DNA of 64,000 nt from Octopus sinensis (GCF_006345805.1 NC_043016.1:6696001-6760000); one strand, 5' to 3'. Positions 24,791 through 37,493 are shown, counted from the first letter of the stretch. Made by a program: numbers and translations. Notes: generated by a model from the sequence alone, not told the origin.

Positions 24791-24852
24791 ATAAATTTCC
24801 TCTATTTACATAATATTGAGGTCTCTTTCTTTCTTTTGTTATCTTACCGTTT

Positions 24853-25180
24853 TATCAATATATATATATATATATATATAATGGCGTGTGAAGAGAAAAC
24901 AAATCTCAGAAGGTAGCTGTAGTGGTGAACACCTCGTGTGAAAGAAGTGAGCTCTTTCGCCACAAATATAATAATAATAATGGACAATCGCCAGCTTTTG
25001 CTGAGTGGACAAAAACTGGACTGACTAGGTAATAAAGGATTTCCCTGTAGACGACTGAGAAACTTTGTAATGAATAGGCAAAAACAACAACAACAAATGT
25101 AACAACAGCTACAAGACAATGACAACAACGATAACAACAACATATATATATATATTATAATTATAATAATGATGATAATA
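24853..25180 (-). repeat. Inverted copy of the 21715-22028 repeat
   Basis: See 21715-22028. Confidence 0.9.
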
Positions 25181-25216
25181 ATAATAATGATAATAATAAT
25201 AATAATAATAATAATA

Positions 25217-25252
<36 letters not shown>

Positions 25253-25277
25253 TAATAATAATAATAATAATGGAAAC

Positions 25278-25312
<35 letters not shown>

Positions 25313-25464
25313 TAATAATAATAATAATAATAACAATAATAACTATTATTATTATTCAATTTCGTTTTCTTCCCACACATAATTATTTTTTCAAATAATA
25401 CAACAAAATCTTTTTTCAATAGAATTTTTTTCTAATATTTATATTTATATATATATATATATTT

Positions 25465-26355
25465 TATCTAGTTTCAGCTCACGAGCTGTGGCCATTCTGG
25501 GGCACCGCCACTCGGTGTTGCTACATGATTTTTACTACACGAATGCTTTTTAGCAATTGCCATTTGGTGCATGAGAGAGTTCGATGCAGCTGCCCTCATC
25601 TGCACCTCCTGCCGTGAAGTTGGTTCATCATTATTTTAAAGACATCTGCATCCACCCCATGCAGGTCTCTCAGGTCCTTCGGGAGGATATTGAAGAGCTG
25701 TGGACCTCTGAAGCCCAGGCTATCACAATATCTTGTCCTAAGTCTTGAGTGCAAATTTGGAGTCCTTGGCACTATGCAGTGGCGCCCAGTTCTAGTATTT
25801 CTGTAACTCTCGATGCCAAAGTTTGGGACAAGTCCTTCCAGGATCTTCCAGATGTAAATTATGGCATATCTTTCTCGCCTACGCTCTAAGGAATAGTGTC
25901 TTAATCTCTTGAGACTTTCCCAATAGCTTATATGCTGCACAGAGGCTATCTTCTTCGTGTAGCTCCGTCGGATCGCCTCAAGTTCTGTGATTAATTTGAC
26001 ACTGGATGGTGACCATAGCTGAAAGCAATAGTCAAAGTGACTTAGGACAAGTGTCCTCCGGAGGACCATCATGGTTTCCTGGTCTCTTGTTCTAAAGGCT
26101 CTAAGAATCCATCCGGTCAGCCGCCTACATTTCATTGCCAATTTAGCAACATGTACATGAAAGGTCGCGTCATCACTCATGTGAATACCCAGGTCACGCA
26201 CTGATTGTGCCTCTGGGATTGCAATCTTTCCAGGTCCAGTGTATTTATTGGTTATTGCATTTAGTTTTGCATGCTGATAGCATAAAGCTTGAAACTTTTC
26301 AGCATTAAACTGCATGCTATTCTTTTCGGCCCACTTGTATATTTTGTCCAGCTCA
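25465..26355 (-). mobile_element. CR1/L2-group LINE 3' fragment (RT C-terminus + 3' tail)
   Basis: ELDKIYKWAEKNSMQFNAEKFQAL..VRDLGIHM..LDY/FDYCFQLWSP..SLERRRERYAIIYIWKILEGLVPN..GPQLFNILP; tail GGCGGTGCCCCAGAATGGCCACAGCTCGTGAGCTGAAACTAGA. Confidence 0.9.
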
Positions 26356-26418
26356 TATATATATATTATTTATTATATATTATCATATAATATATATTAT
26401 TTCTTCACACAGCATTAT

Positions 26419-26470
<52 letters not shown>

Positions 26471-26602
26471 TTTCATATTTCATTTCTTTTCCTTCCACGC
26501 TCGGAATTTTTCTTGAGAATGTCCCAGGTAGTACCGGTTCTACATTCTTTACTGGTAGCGCTACTAACACATAGCGACCTGACTTAGATCCTTCAGCGGA
26601 CT

Positions 26603-26639
<37 letters not shown>

Positions 26640-26664
26640 GTAATAGTAATAGTAAAATAATAAT

Positions 26665-27390
<726 letters not shown>

Positions 27391-27408
27391 AATAATAATA
27401 ATAATGAT

Positions 27409-27483
<75 letters not shown>

Positions 27484-27506
27484 AATAATAATAATAATAA
27501 TAATAA

Positions 27507-28478
27507 ATTCTTTTTATTGGCCACAAGGGCTGACACACATGATTAGAAAACATAAAGGGACAAAACAGGACGAAAGGTTACAAAGGGTTTTGTCCGTTTG
27601 TGAAAAAATCGTGTAAAAACAGTGTAACAATCAAATAATATAACAACGAAAAACTCCCAATAGGGGGAGGCGCTTCGAAAGGTTCCTGGTGGAAAAAAAC
27701 CCATAAAAGCCAACGGGAGCCTGGTCAAAAGGGGCGTAGAGAGCCCCTTTCTCCTTTTATAAAACCTTTTTCAATCACAGGCGAAACCTGAGAATTGGTC
27801 CATTTATACTGGCCATTCTCGCACAATTCACCCACCTTTCAGAAAAATTGCTATCGGACAGCATTCTCCTCTCTAACCTCATCTTCCTTTTCAAGTGAAA
27901 CTTGAAAAAGTTGATGAGGCCTTGACCAAAGAGGAAAGTGTCTGACTTTAACCCTTTCAAACGGGTCCACCATACATCCTCTTTCGCCACAGCCTCTAGG
28001 CACAAGAAAACGGCCTCGCCCTTCTTGTTAAAGGCGGTCGGCGGGGCAATCTTCATTATGGATTCGGCTGATAGCCGGATCCGTCCTACACGCGACAGTA
28101 GCTGTTCGACATAAACCCATAGTTCAGCAATACTCGGGCACTGGACGAGTGCGTGCAGAACGGTTTCGTCGTCCTGGCAACACCTCGGGCAGGCCCGGCT
28201 GACGGCACTTCCGTGCCGGTAGAGTTTATCCCGAACAGGCAGAGCCCCTCGGTAGCACTGCCAGGCGAGCGACCTCTGGAAATTATCCATTGGCCCTGGC
28301 CCGAAAGTCCTTCCGAACAGACCGCTCAGTTCGTTATCGTCAACGCCTAGAGTTTCCCCGAGAACGTCGTCGCAGTTTTCCTCCACTAACCCTCTATAGA
28401 ACGCTAGAGTGGAGCTGAAACCGATCGCATTGCCCGCCTGGCGGAGGGCGGAGAGAGCTTGACGGCACTCGAGGTGCC
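27507..28478 (-). mobile_element. Tx1-clade LINE, second lineage, 5'-truncated, with (TTA)n on both sides in element orientation
   Basis: WHLECRQAL..AFYRGLVEE..FGPGPMDNFQRSLAWQCYRGALPVRDKLYRHG..CPRCCQDDETVLHALVQC; 3' end GTCAGCCCTTGTGGCCAATAAAAAGAAT(TTA)n. Confidence 0.93.
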
Positions 28479-28964
28479 AAATAATAATGATAATAATAAT
28501 CTGATTTTACAGTCATTTAAAAATTTTAAATATTCACTTACTTTTTTTTACCACACACAACCCCTACGCATACACACATACACACACGAACACACACATA
28601 CATACATACATACATACACACACACACTACATATACATACACGCACGCACACATATTTCAAACTACCAGTACCTTCCACTGTCCATTCTCCTACGCACAT
28701 GTGTAAGTAGACACACAAAAGGAGCCACTCCTACTATAAATTCTTCCTATGACCTTAAACGATACTAAGCCCAACCACACACATATACAGCCACAACCAC
28801 ACACACACAGACACACGTGCTATCATTACACACACACACATAGACCTGTGCGCACGTACATACCCACACATACACACACATACCTCCTTCTCTTGCACTC
28901 TCCTGTCTTTGAAAGAACTTTTTTTTCAGCCATTCCCTTCCGGTCAGTTCAATATGTGACCACG

Positions 28965-29160
28965 TGTATATCGTTGGCGATTTTCTTTCTCCGTCTTCCC
29001 TTCCTTGGACTTTTCCTATTTTTCTATATTTATGACGAAGAGCTCCGCTCGAAGCGTTAAATCCTCCTTCTTTCTTTCCTTTCCTTAGCGTCCAATAACG
29101 CTATACTTGTTCCACGTCCTCGCGTTGTTGCGTTTTCTCTTTGTTCATGTTTGGATTAAC
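28965..29160 (+). mobile_element. Penelope-type pseudo-LTR-like repeat with hammerhead-like motif (29028-29062)
   Basis: About 200-bp repeat also at 30485-30685 (-) and 57050-57245 (+); core ATGACGAAGAGCTCCGCTCGAAGCGTTAAAT. Confidence 0.7.
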
Positions 29161-29164
29161 TATA

Positions 29165-29534
<370 letters not shown>

Positions 29535-30112
29535 TATATACTGCAGTTATTATAGTTGATTCCGATTCGGTCTTGGCTGCTAGTTTTCTTGTTAATGCTA
29601 ATTACTACTCAGTTGTTATTGTTTTTTGTTTGTTTGTTTTAGTGTTACTATTGCTGTTGTTGTTGTTGTTGTCACCACCTGCCACTTTGCTCACCCTTCT
29701 TAAACCAACTGTACCCTGGTAATTAGGTGGCTGGTTAACCGTCTAAGTGCATTTCACAGATCCGGCACTTGAGATATTCCTTACAGTAATAATTAGTCTC
29801 TACTCTCTTTCGTTGGCGGGGGTCGTGTAGGAGCGGGACTGTCATATATTGTTCAAGAATTCCTTTCTACAGGCGGTGAGAAGTGTTTTCCTTTTTGGTT
29901 GTTACTGTTCATGTTTTGTTATTATCTTTTATATTGTTGTTTGTTAATTTTTTTCTCTCATTGCTACTACTAATGTCGAGTGTCTGCACAGACGTTTCTA
30001 AGTCATGATTTAAGATTTAGTTGTTGCTGGTTAGTACCTAGTCAAGCCTGACCGTGGTCAGAAATATATTTAAAAGCATTGCGAATACGAACACTACACA
30101 CACACACACACG

Positions 30113-30165
<53 letters not shown>

Positions 30166-30329
30166 ATAATGATAATCCTTGAATGGAATTTATAAACATT
30201 TTAATGTATCGCTACACGCGTTTCCACCAATTGCTTGTCTCTTATGATCACATTGCGTATTCCTGGGATGATTATAGTGTAGCCCGTAGTATCCATAGGC
30301 ATCAGGTTGATCATCTTCATGCATTCATT

Positions 30330-30432
30330 TCTTGTACATAAAAGTAGACTTTTATGTACTTTAAAAAATAGACGTTTAGAAACTGCCACAAAGCAAGCAG
30401 CTGAAAAGATGTAACATATCTGTCGAAGGGTA
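30330..30432 (+). mobile_element. Short fragment of the Tx1-like ORF1 seen at 32060-32140
   Basis: AGACGTTTAGAAACTGCCACAAAGCAAGCAGCTGAAAAGATGTAACATATCTGTCGAAGGGTA is nearly identical to 32085-32147. Confidence 0.75.
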
Positions 30433-30484
30433 CACACGCACACACACACATGTATATATGTATGTATGTGTGTATATATATATA

Positions 30485-30685
30485 TATCCAAACAAGAAAG
30501 CACAAAAAAAAAAACAACAACGCGAGGACGTGGAACAAATATAGTATTATTGGACGCTCAGGAAAGAAGGAAAGAAGGAGGGTTTAACGTTTCGAGCGGA
30601 GCTCTTCGTCGGAAACATAGGAGAAGGAAAGATCCAGAGAAGGGAAGACAGAGGAAAAAAATCGCCAACGGTACACACGAGGTCA
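30485..30685 (-). mobile_element. Penelope-type pseudo-LTR-like repeat with hammerhead motif (30582-30616)
   Basis: Minus strand GUUU-CCGACGA-A-GAGC(UCC)GCUC-GAA-ACGU-U/AAAC. Confidence 0.75.
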
Positions 30686-30699
30686 CAATATATATATAT

Positions 30700-31103
30700 A
30701 CTCTTTTCTCTTTACTCTTTTACTTTTTTACTTGTTTCAGTCATTTGACTGCGGCCATGCTGGAGCACCGCCTTTAGTCGAGCAAATCAACCCCAGGACT
30801 TATTCTTTGTAAGCCGAGTACTTATTCTATCGGTCTCTTTTTGCCGAACCGCTAAGTTACGGGAACGTAAACACGCCAGCATCGGTTGTCAAGCGGGGAC
30901 AAACACAGACAGACAAACACACAGACATATACATATACATATATACGACAGGCTTCTTTCAGTTTCCGTCTACCAAATCCACTCACACGGCTTTGGTCGG
31001 CCCGAGGCTATAGAAGACACTTTCCCAAGGTGCCACGCAGTGGGACTGAACCCGGAACCATGTGGTTGGTAAGCAAGCTACTTACCACACAGCCACTCCT
31101 GCG

Positions 31104-31105
<2 letters not shown>
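30700..31105 (-). mobile_element. OR/OK-type SINE, full length
   Basis: Reverse complement matches 16183-16577. Confidence 0.9.
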
Positions 31106-31144
<39 letters not shown>

Positions 31145-31280
31145 CATCGCAATCCTTAACATTTATGTATTAACTTTGTTGGGTACTTCACTAGCAATAT
31201 ATTGGATATATGTTATCCCATGGAGGGTTGCATTTACAACCCCTATCTCATTTTGTATATATATATATATATAATATATA

Positions 31281-31324
<44 letters not shown>

Positions 31325-31659
31325 GTATGTATCTTTTAAATTTTGTTGAGAAACGTTTGAATATGCAAATAAACTCCTATTCTATTGCCGGCCACAGCCT
31401 AATGATGCTGACTCGTCAACCAGTGCATCGAGCAAGAATATGAGGGATCTAATTCACTGGTGATCTAAGCAAATAGCTACACTGAGTGAGTCCTATAATT
31501 GCTCATCCGATAGGCTCCAACCTCAAAGCCAAGGCTGGAGCTAGTGATCCGTAGTAGGTTTTCGAGTTTGCAGATCGGAAGGCAGCCCAAAAAGTTTGAA
31601 AATTAATTGTCTTCGTTCACTCTGCGCCTTAAAAAGCAGATAAAGGGACGGCCAAACTC

Positions 31660-31844
31660 TTGCTAGCACGTGCAACGCTGAGCAACAGGAGGAAAAAGAA
31701 GAAAAGAAACGCGAGAAAGAGAAGAGGAAAAGAGCAAAGAAATTCTGTTAATGGACTCTAGCAAAGAATTCTGTTGCTAGAGTCGTAACACATGTGAACC
31801 CAAGCCAACCCACTACCACCACTAACACTGACACATTGAACACT

Positions 31845-31875
<31 letters not shown>

Positions 31876-33262
31876 AAGAACCCAATGTATTAAACAGCTG
31901 AGGTTTTGCTTCAATAGCAAAACCTACGCTGAATTCATTAATGTTTCTGTAGAACCTCTCAAAGACTACAAGAAATATGTTAAAAAGAAAAAGCGAAAGA
32001 TGTGTTTCTATAAACACACCTCCAGATATTACAGACAATACAAACAAACGTACCATAGTGTACAAAACTATATCTTTAAAAAGTAGACGTTTAGAAATTG
32101 CCACAAAGCAAGCAGCTGAAAAGATGTAACATATTTGTCGAAGGGTAACAAATACGGCACAATTGAAGTCAGATTTGCTACAGAAGACGTAGGAAAACAA
32201 CTCTGAGCAGCCCAGCTGGGAAACTGAGAACTTGTCCTAGCTCCAACATTCTTGCTGAACGTCACAGTTGTGGGCAGAAGGCCAAGATGTTATCAATGGG
32301 GACAGAATAATCACCTGAAAGCCGTCTGCCCACAACTAAAATAGGAGGAGGGCACTATACCCTTCATACAAGTATGGCCGTTTATTTATGCTATCTTAAG
32401 CTTTCTCTTAGGTTATATTATTTTATCTGACTTTTTTCTGAGTAAGGAGGAATATAATGATTAAACGTCACTTATACTTAAGTGTTATCATTATACCTAA
32501 AACTCGTACTACAGTATATAACGTCATAGAGACATATACACATGAAACGCTATGAATATTAACGATATGTATGTTGAATATTTTCTTCGTGTCCTTTTAA
32601 CCGCTATAAGAAAATATAAATTAAGGATTACAGAAATGCATATTTATTTACACGCAGTTGAAAAAACAAACGCGAAGAGAAACATTTTCTTAATTATTTT
32701 TATTATATAAATACAACATTTTATATTATTTACAGTAGGAAGGAAAGATAGTTTTGTCAAGTAGAAGAACGAAGATAAATTCATTAACTAATTCGAAATT
32801 CTAACTAATACATTAATCAACAAATCAAAATAGACTTGTGATTAACTTTAGACATGGCATAAAAATTACCGATGTCTCAAAAGAGTGAATGTCGTGGAAT
32901 TTAGTGACATCCAAAAAACACTGAAGTTTTTCCCGAAGTCCAGGGTTTTTATAACTGCTCAACTTAACTAAAAAGAATTGAAATCCATAACAAATTTTCT
33001 TTACGAAACTTTTAGAATCTTTATATGAGCAGTTATATTAACCAATGGAAAAAATGAAAATAATAATTCTTCGGCAATGACATTACGTCATACTGCCAAT
33101 TCGCGCCATATTTCAAAATGGCTAAAATGGTTATTGCTACACAAGCACCACCCACACCACAACTGAAGTAACCCCAAGTACAGAAGCAGTCCCAACAATA
33201 GAAGAAACCTCAACGAAAGCAAGTAGAGAGGGCTTCAGCAAAAACACCACCACCACCACCAG

Positions 33263-33307
<45 letters not shown>

Positions 33308-33760
33308 TTATACGAGAGACAACAACGCCAACAATAACAAAGGCGCTGACCACTACCACCACCACCACCACCACTACCACCACCACCACCACCACCACCA
33401 CCACTACCACCACCAAAGTGCCTACAAAAACACCAACAACAGCTCTTGCCAGAAGAACAAAAAAACACCAGCAAAGTTCGACCCACTGGACCTACCCTTT
33501 CCCGATTCTGACCACTCAGACAAGTCGTTCGGACAGGCCGACAGAATTGAGTGAAGCTGCACCCCGCCCCAAAAGCAATTAAAATCACCCGAAAGCAAAA
33601 ACAACAACACACTAACACCCACGCTTCCAACACCTTCGCCAACACCACCACTACCAACAGCACAGTCACAGCCTGAATAAGGATTGTTTAAGGAGGTTGA
33701 ACAAAACACACGTTTCAAGAGATTAATTCTCCAAACCCCCAAAATTCCTCTCACCACTGA
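31660..33760 (+). mobile_element. Degenerate L1/Tx1-like ORF1 region (zinc knuckle) interrupted by an AT-rich module at 32350-33130
   Basis: VTVVGRRPRCYQWGQNNHLKAVCPQ at about 32260-32337 (decayed CX2CX4HX4C); Thr/Pro-rich ACA-rich continuation after 33135 resembles window 150-350. Confidence 0.6.
32350..33130 (+). other. AT-rich module homologous to 3236-4324
   Basis: Shares ACGTCACTTATA, TTCGTG..CTTTTAACCGCTATAA, TAGACATGGCATAA, GTCGTGGAATTTAGTGACATCCAA, GTTTTTATAACTGCTC, CATTACGTCATACTGCC. Confidence 0.75.
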
Positions 33761-33770
33761 CTATGATGCT

Positions 33771-33970
33771 GATGCTCCCCCAATACCTCTGCTCGTGATC
33801 AGAGATGCACATATGGTCAGCCACCAAGGCAGATGTTCAACTGGTTAAGGTCAAACAACTGACAAGCAAGTTTGTGGTACATCAAGACAAAACGTGGACA
33901 TGATAACACTTCAAACCAGTTAACATCTGAAGCCATGAGTGTCAGAGCCTGATATTGCATCGTGGGCATC
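33771..33970 (-). mobile_element. Diverged 5' part of the 550-bp element family (41171-41720)
   Basis: Reverse complement GATGCCCACGATGCAATATCAGGC...GTCAGTTGTTTGACCTTAACCAG...GTGCATCTCTGATCACGAGCAG. Confidence 0.8.
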
Positions 33971-33989
33971 TATCGTACGACGCGTCTTT

Positions 33990-35293
33990 CCGCAGCCCAT
34001 CTCATTGATAGAGCAGCAGTCATGGGTCAAAAGTACACCTCCTCATCCATAACTGCCAGTCATCTGTATCTGTCTTCGCGTTCACATCTCTTGCAAACTA
34101 ATATTACATTTTTCCTTCAATGCTTTTTCTTTTTTTTTTTGTTCATTTCTTGTTTAAATTTTTCTTTAGTTACACAATTTTCAGTTTTGTTGACGCCGGC
34201 CTTCTTCGTATGTTTCATCAATGGCTCCACGGCATTTTTTATATGTCACCCTAAGCTGTTTTCCTCTACTTCGATATAGTCCTAGTAATTGATCGGAAAA
34301 CTCTCCCACCCTTTCTTCTGGACAAGTACAGCCTATCGGTGTCAATCTTAGGGTGGAAGGCTCCGTATACTGTCAACATTTTTTCTGGTCTTGGTATCCA
34401 TTTTCTTCACTTTCCTCTTTTGCCATTTTATAACTCCATCTCCATACCGAAGTGATGCCCTTTATTCTCGACATATGTTTCGAAGGCTGCATATTCCTAA
34501 TTCCGAATGAATAAGGAGTACATTATGCAGATTTCTCTTCAGGAAAATCAAGGAAACTTATGTCGACATCAAAATGCACAAAAAACTTTTAGTTGACCGC
34601 TCTCAAGGAGCCCGTGTGTTGATTTCTTGTTTAAATTCTTCTTCCATTACACAATTTTCAGTTTTGTTGACGCCGGCCTTCTTCGTATGTTTCATCAATG
34701 GCTCCACGGCATTTTTTATATGTCACCCTAAGCTTTTTTTCCTCTACTTCGATATAGTCCTAGTAATTGATAGGAAAACTCTCCCACCCTTTCTCCTGGA
34801 CAAGTACAGCCTATCGGTGTCAATCTTAGGGTGGAAGGCTCCGTATACTGTCAACATTTTTTCTGGTCTTGGTATCCATTTTCTTCACTCTTCTCTTTTG
34901 CCATTTTATAACTCCTTCTCCATACCGAAGTGATGCTATCACTCACGTATCAACTGATTGGATTTTATTCTATCCAGTCAATTTTTGAGTGCAGCACCAA
35001 TCCAAGTCTTCGGAAAGATTCCGTCTTCAGTTGCTCTTTCATTTCCTTCTCCATTATCTCGTTGAACTCTTGTACACCAAGGTATTTGTATCCTTTCGTT
35101 TCAATTTGCTCAATCAAATCTTTATTCGGTAATTCTATTCCTGCTAGGGACTGTATCTTGCCCCCTTTTAGGTAGATTATACCGCACTTCTTGAGTCCAC
35201 ATTCCTTTCCAATATCGGTACTAAACCAGTGGACCGTGTTCACCAAGGAACTAACTCGTATCTCATTTTTGCCATACAGTTTCAAATCTTCCA
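33990..35293 (-). mobile_element. R4/Dong-like RT fragment with an internal 317-bp duplication (34142-34458 / 34621-34937)
   Basis: MEDLKLYGKNE..VSSLVNTV..STDIGKECGLKKCG..GYKYLGVQE; duplicated block offset by 479 bp. Confidence 0.88.
34464..34548 (-). ncRNA. Canonical type I hammerhead ribozyme with extended stem II
   Basis: AUUUUC-CUGAAGA-GAA(AU)CUGCAUA...UAUGCAG(CC)UUC-GAA-AC(AUAU)GU-C/GAGAAU; 6-bp stem I, G10.1-C11.1 pair, GUC triplet; predicted cut between 34470 and 34469. Confidence 0.85.
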
Positions 35294-35341
35294 TTATTAT
35301 TATTATTGTTGTTGTTGTTGTTGTTTTTATTATTATTGTTA

Positions 35342-35455
35342 TTCAGTAGTTTTATTTTTATATCGTGCTTTCACTTCACTACCGAGCGCAGCTCTGTGTG
35401 CCTTAGGTATGTGCTGTGATTTGCTGTGATGGTCTGATGGTTACTGTATTGAAAG
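35342..35455 (-). mobile_element. R4/Dong-like 3' UTR end between TTA tracts
   Basis: Short unique segment ending ...TAAAACTACTGAATAATAATAA on minus; assigned by context only. Confidence 0.5.
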
Positions 35456-35689
35456 TGTTGTTGTTGTTATTATTATTATTATTATATATTATTATTATTA
35501 TTATTATATTATTATTATTATTATCACCATCATCATCATCATCATATCATCATCATCATCATCATCATCATATCATCATTATTATTATAATTATAATTAT
35601 TATTATTATATTATTATTATATTATTATATTATTATTATTATTAATTATTATATTATTATTATATTATTATTATTATTATATTATCATA

Positions 35690-35950
35690 GACGTTGCACA
35701 GTATACAATATCATGAGGTTGTTGATTGAAGATATTGTGTCTACCGGGTGTTTGTACTGTCCGTAAAGTCACAACAAGGACTTCAGACAGGGAGTACTTG
35801 ACGCAATATGCGTGCAGTTCCAAATAATGCCGACTTTTGCAATACATCTAGATTGTAGGGTATTTCTAAAAATTTCAGATGCTTTTTTTTCAGATTGTGT
35901 GGTATTGAACCCAGTGCTCCGATGACAATAGGGATAACCTTCATGTTTGA
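35690..35950 (-). mobile_element. R4/Dong-like RLE C-terminus + 3' UTR
   Basis: KVIPIVIGALGSIPHNLKK..LDVLQKSALFGTARILRQVL in shifted frames. Confidence 0.8.
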
Positions 35951-35959
35951 CTCTCGTCA

Positions 35960-37300
35960 GATGACCACATCCAGCAGACTAAGGTGACACTTGTTTACGT
36001 TTCAAGAGCCCTGCGAAGAATTCTTGCACTTCCAATCAATGCTGATTTTTGTGGGTGTTCTACCTTCACACTTGCACAGATCTTCTTTTAGCCATGTTGG
36101 TTGTTGATTGCTGATACTTCTAAGTGCGTCCATTACTATTGGTATCACGTCTATTCTCTTCATTGACCACAACCTTCCTATTTCCCACTTTAAATCGTCG
36201 TAGTAGTTTAGTTTTTCTTCTTCTTCTTTCACATTGATCCTGTTATCACCGGGAGATAATACGTCGATTATCATGCATGTTCTTTCTTTTATATTCACCA
36301 CAACAATGTCCAGTTTCCGATGTCTGGTCAGGTGATCTCACTGTGTCATTGCATCCCGCAGAATTTTGCAATTCTCATTCTCGGCGACTCCATCTGGAGT
36401 TTGCTCATGCCATGTATTTGCTGCTTGTAGCTCGTAATTTCTACAGAGCTTCCAATGGATCATTCTTGCCACATTGTCATGGCGTCTTTTATATTCGCGT
36501 TGTGCCAATTTCGAGCATTCACTAACAAAGTACCATAGCGGTTCATCCCTCTCACCACACATTCTGTATTTGTCGCTGTCGGTAGTGTTGTCTATTCTGC
36601 ATTTCATATAGTTAGTCCTAAACGCTTGTACTTGAGCTGCGTATATGAGTGCTTCTGTCTCTATCTTCAGGCCACACTTCCTCATCCATAACCACCGGCC
36701 CTATGTATCTGTCTTGGCGTTCACATCTCTTGCAAACTGACCGTACATTTTTTCCTTTCATACTTTTTATTATTTTTTTATCTTTGTGTTCATTTCTTGT
36801 TTAAATTTTTCTTCCATTACACAATTTTCAGTTTTGATGATGCCGGCCTTCTTCGTGTGTTTCAACAATGGCTCCACGACATTTTTTACATACCATCCTA
36901 AGCTGTTTTCCTCTACTTCAATATAGTCCTAGCAACTGATCAAACCTTTCACACCCTTTCTTCTGGACAAGTATAGCCTATCAGTATCACTCTTAGGGTA
37001 GAAGGGTCTGAATACTCTCAAAATTATTCTTGTCTTTGTATCCATTTTCATCAGTTCTTTCTTTGCCATTTTATAATATCAGCTCCATCAGAAGTGATGC
37101 TATCGCCCACCTATTAACCGCCTGGATTTTATCCCATCCGTGAACGCAACACCAACCTTAGTCTTTGGAAATATTCCCTCCTCAGTTGTTCTTTCATTTC
37201 CTTTTGCGTCAAAATCTTGCATGCCAAGGTATTTGTAGCCTTCTGTTTAAATTTGTTTTATCAGTTCTCTATTCGGTAATTCTATCCCTGCGAGGGGCTG
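35960..37300 (-). mobile_element. R4/Dong-like LINE fragment (RT C-terminus, CCHC, RLE)
   Basis: GLKIETEALIYAAQVQAFRTN..YRMCGERDE..VSECSKLAQREYKRRHDNVARMIHWKLC..IIDVLSPGDNRINVKEEEK; 5' flank is (TAA)n. Confidence 0.92.
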
Positions 37301-37301
37301 T

Positions 37302-37381
<80 letters not shown>

Positions 37382-37448
37382 GTTATTATTATATTTTGTA
37401 TTACTTTTTTTAGTATATTATTATTATCATCATCATCATCATCATCAT

Positions 37449-37493
<45 letters not shown>

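Noticed and set aside
29690-29900. Minus-strand KCRICEMHL as a second zinc knuckle / ORF1
   Set aside because: Spacing does not fit CX2CX4HX4C and the frame is broken; too weak to call.
35935-35970. Minus-strand CTGACGAGAGTCAAAC in an R4 3' UTR
   Set aside because: No stem II closure and no NUH site.
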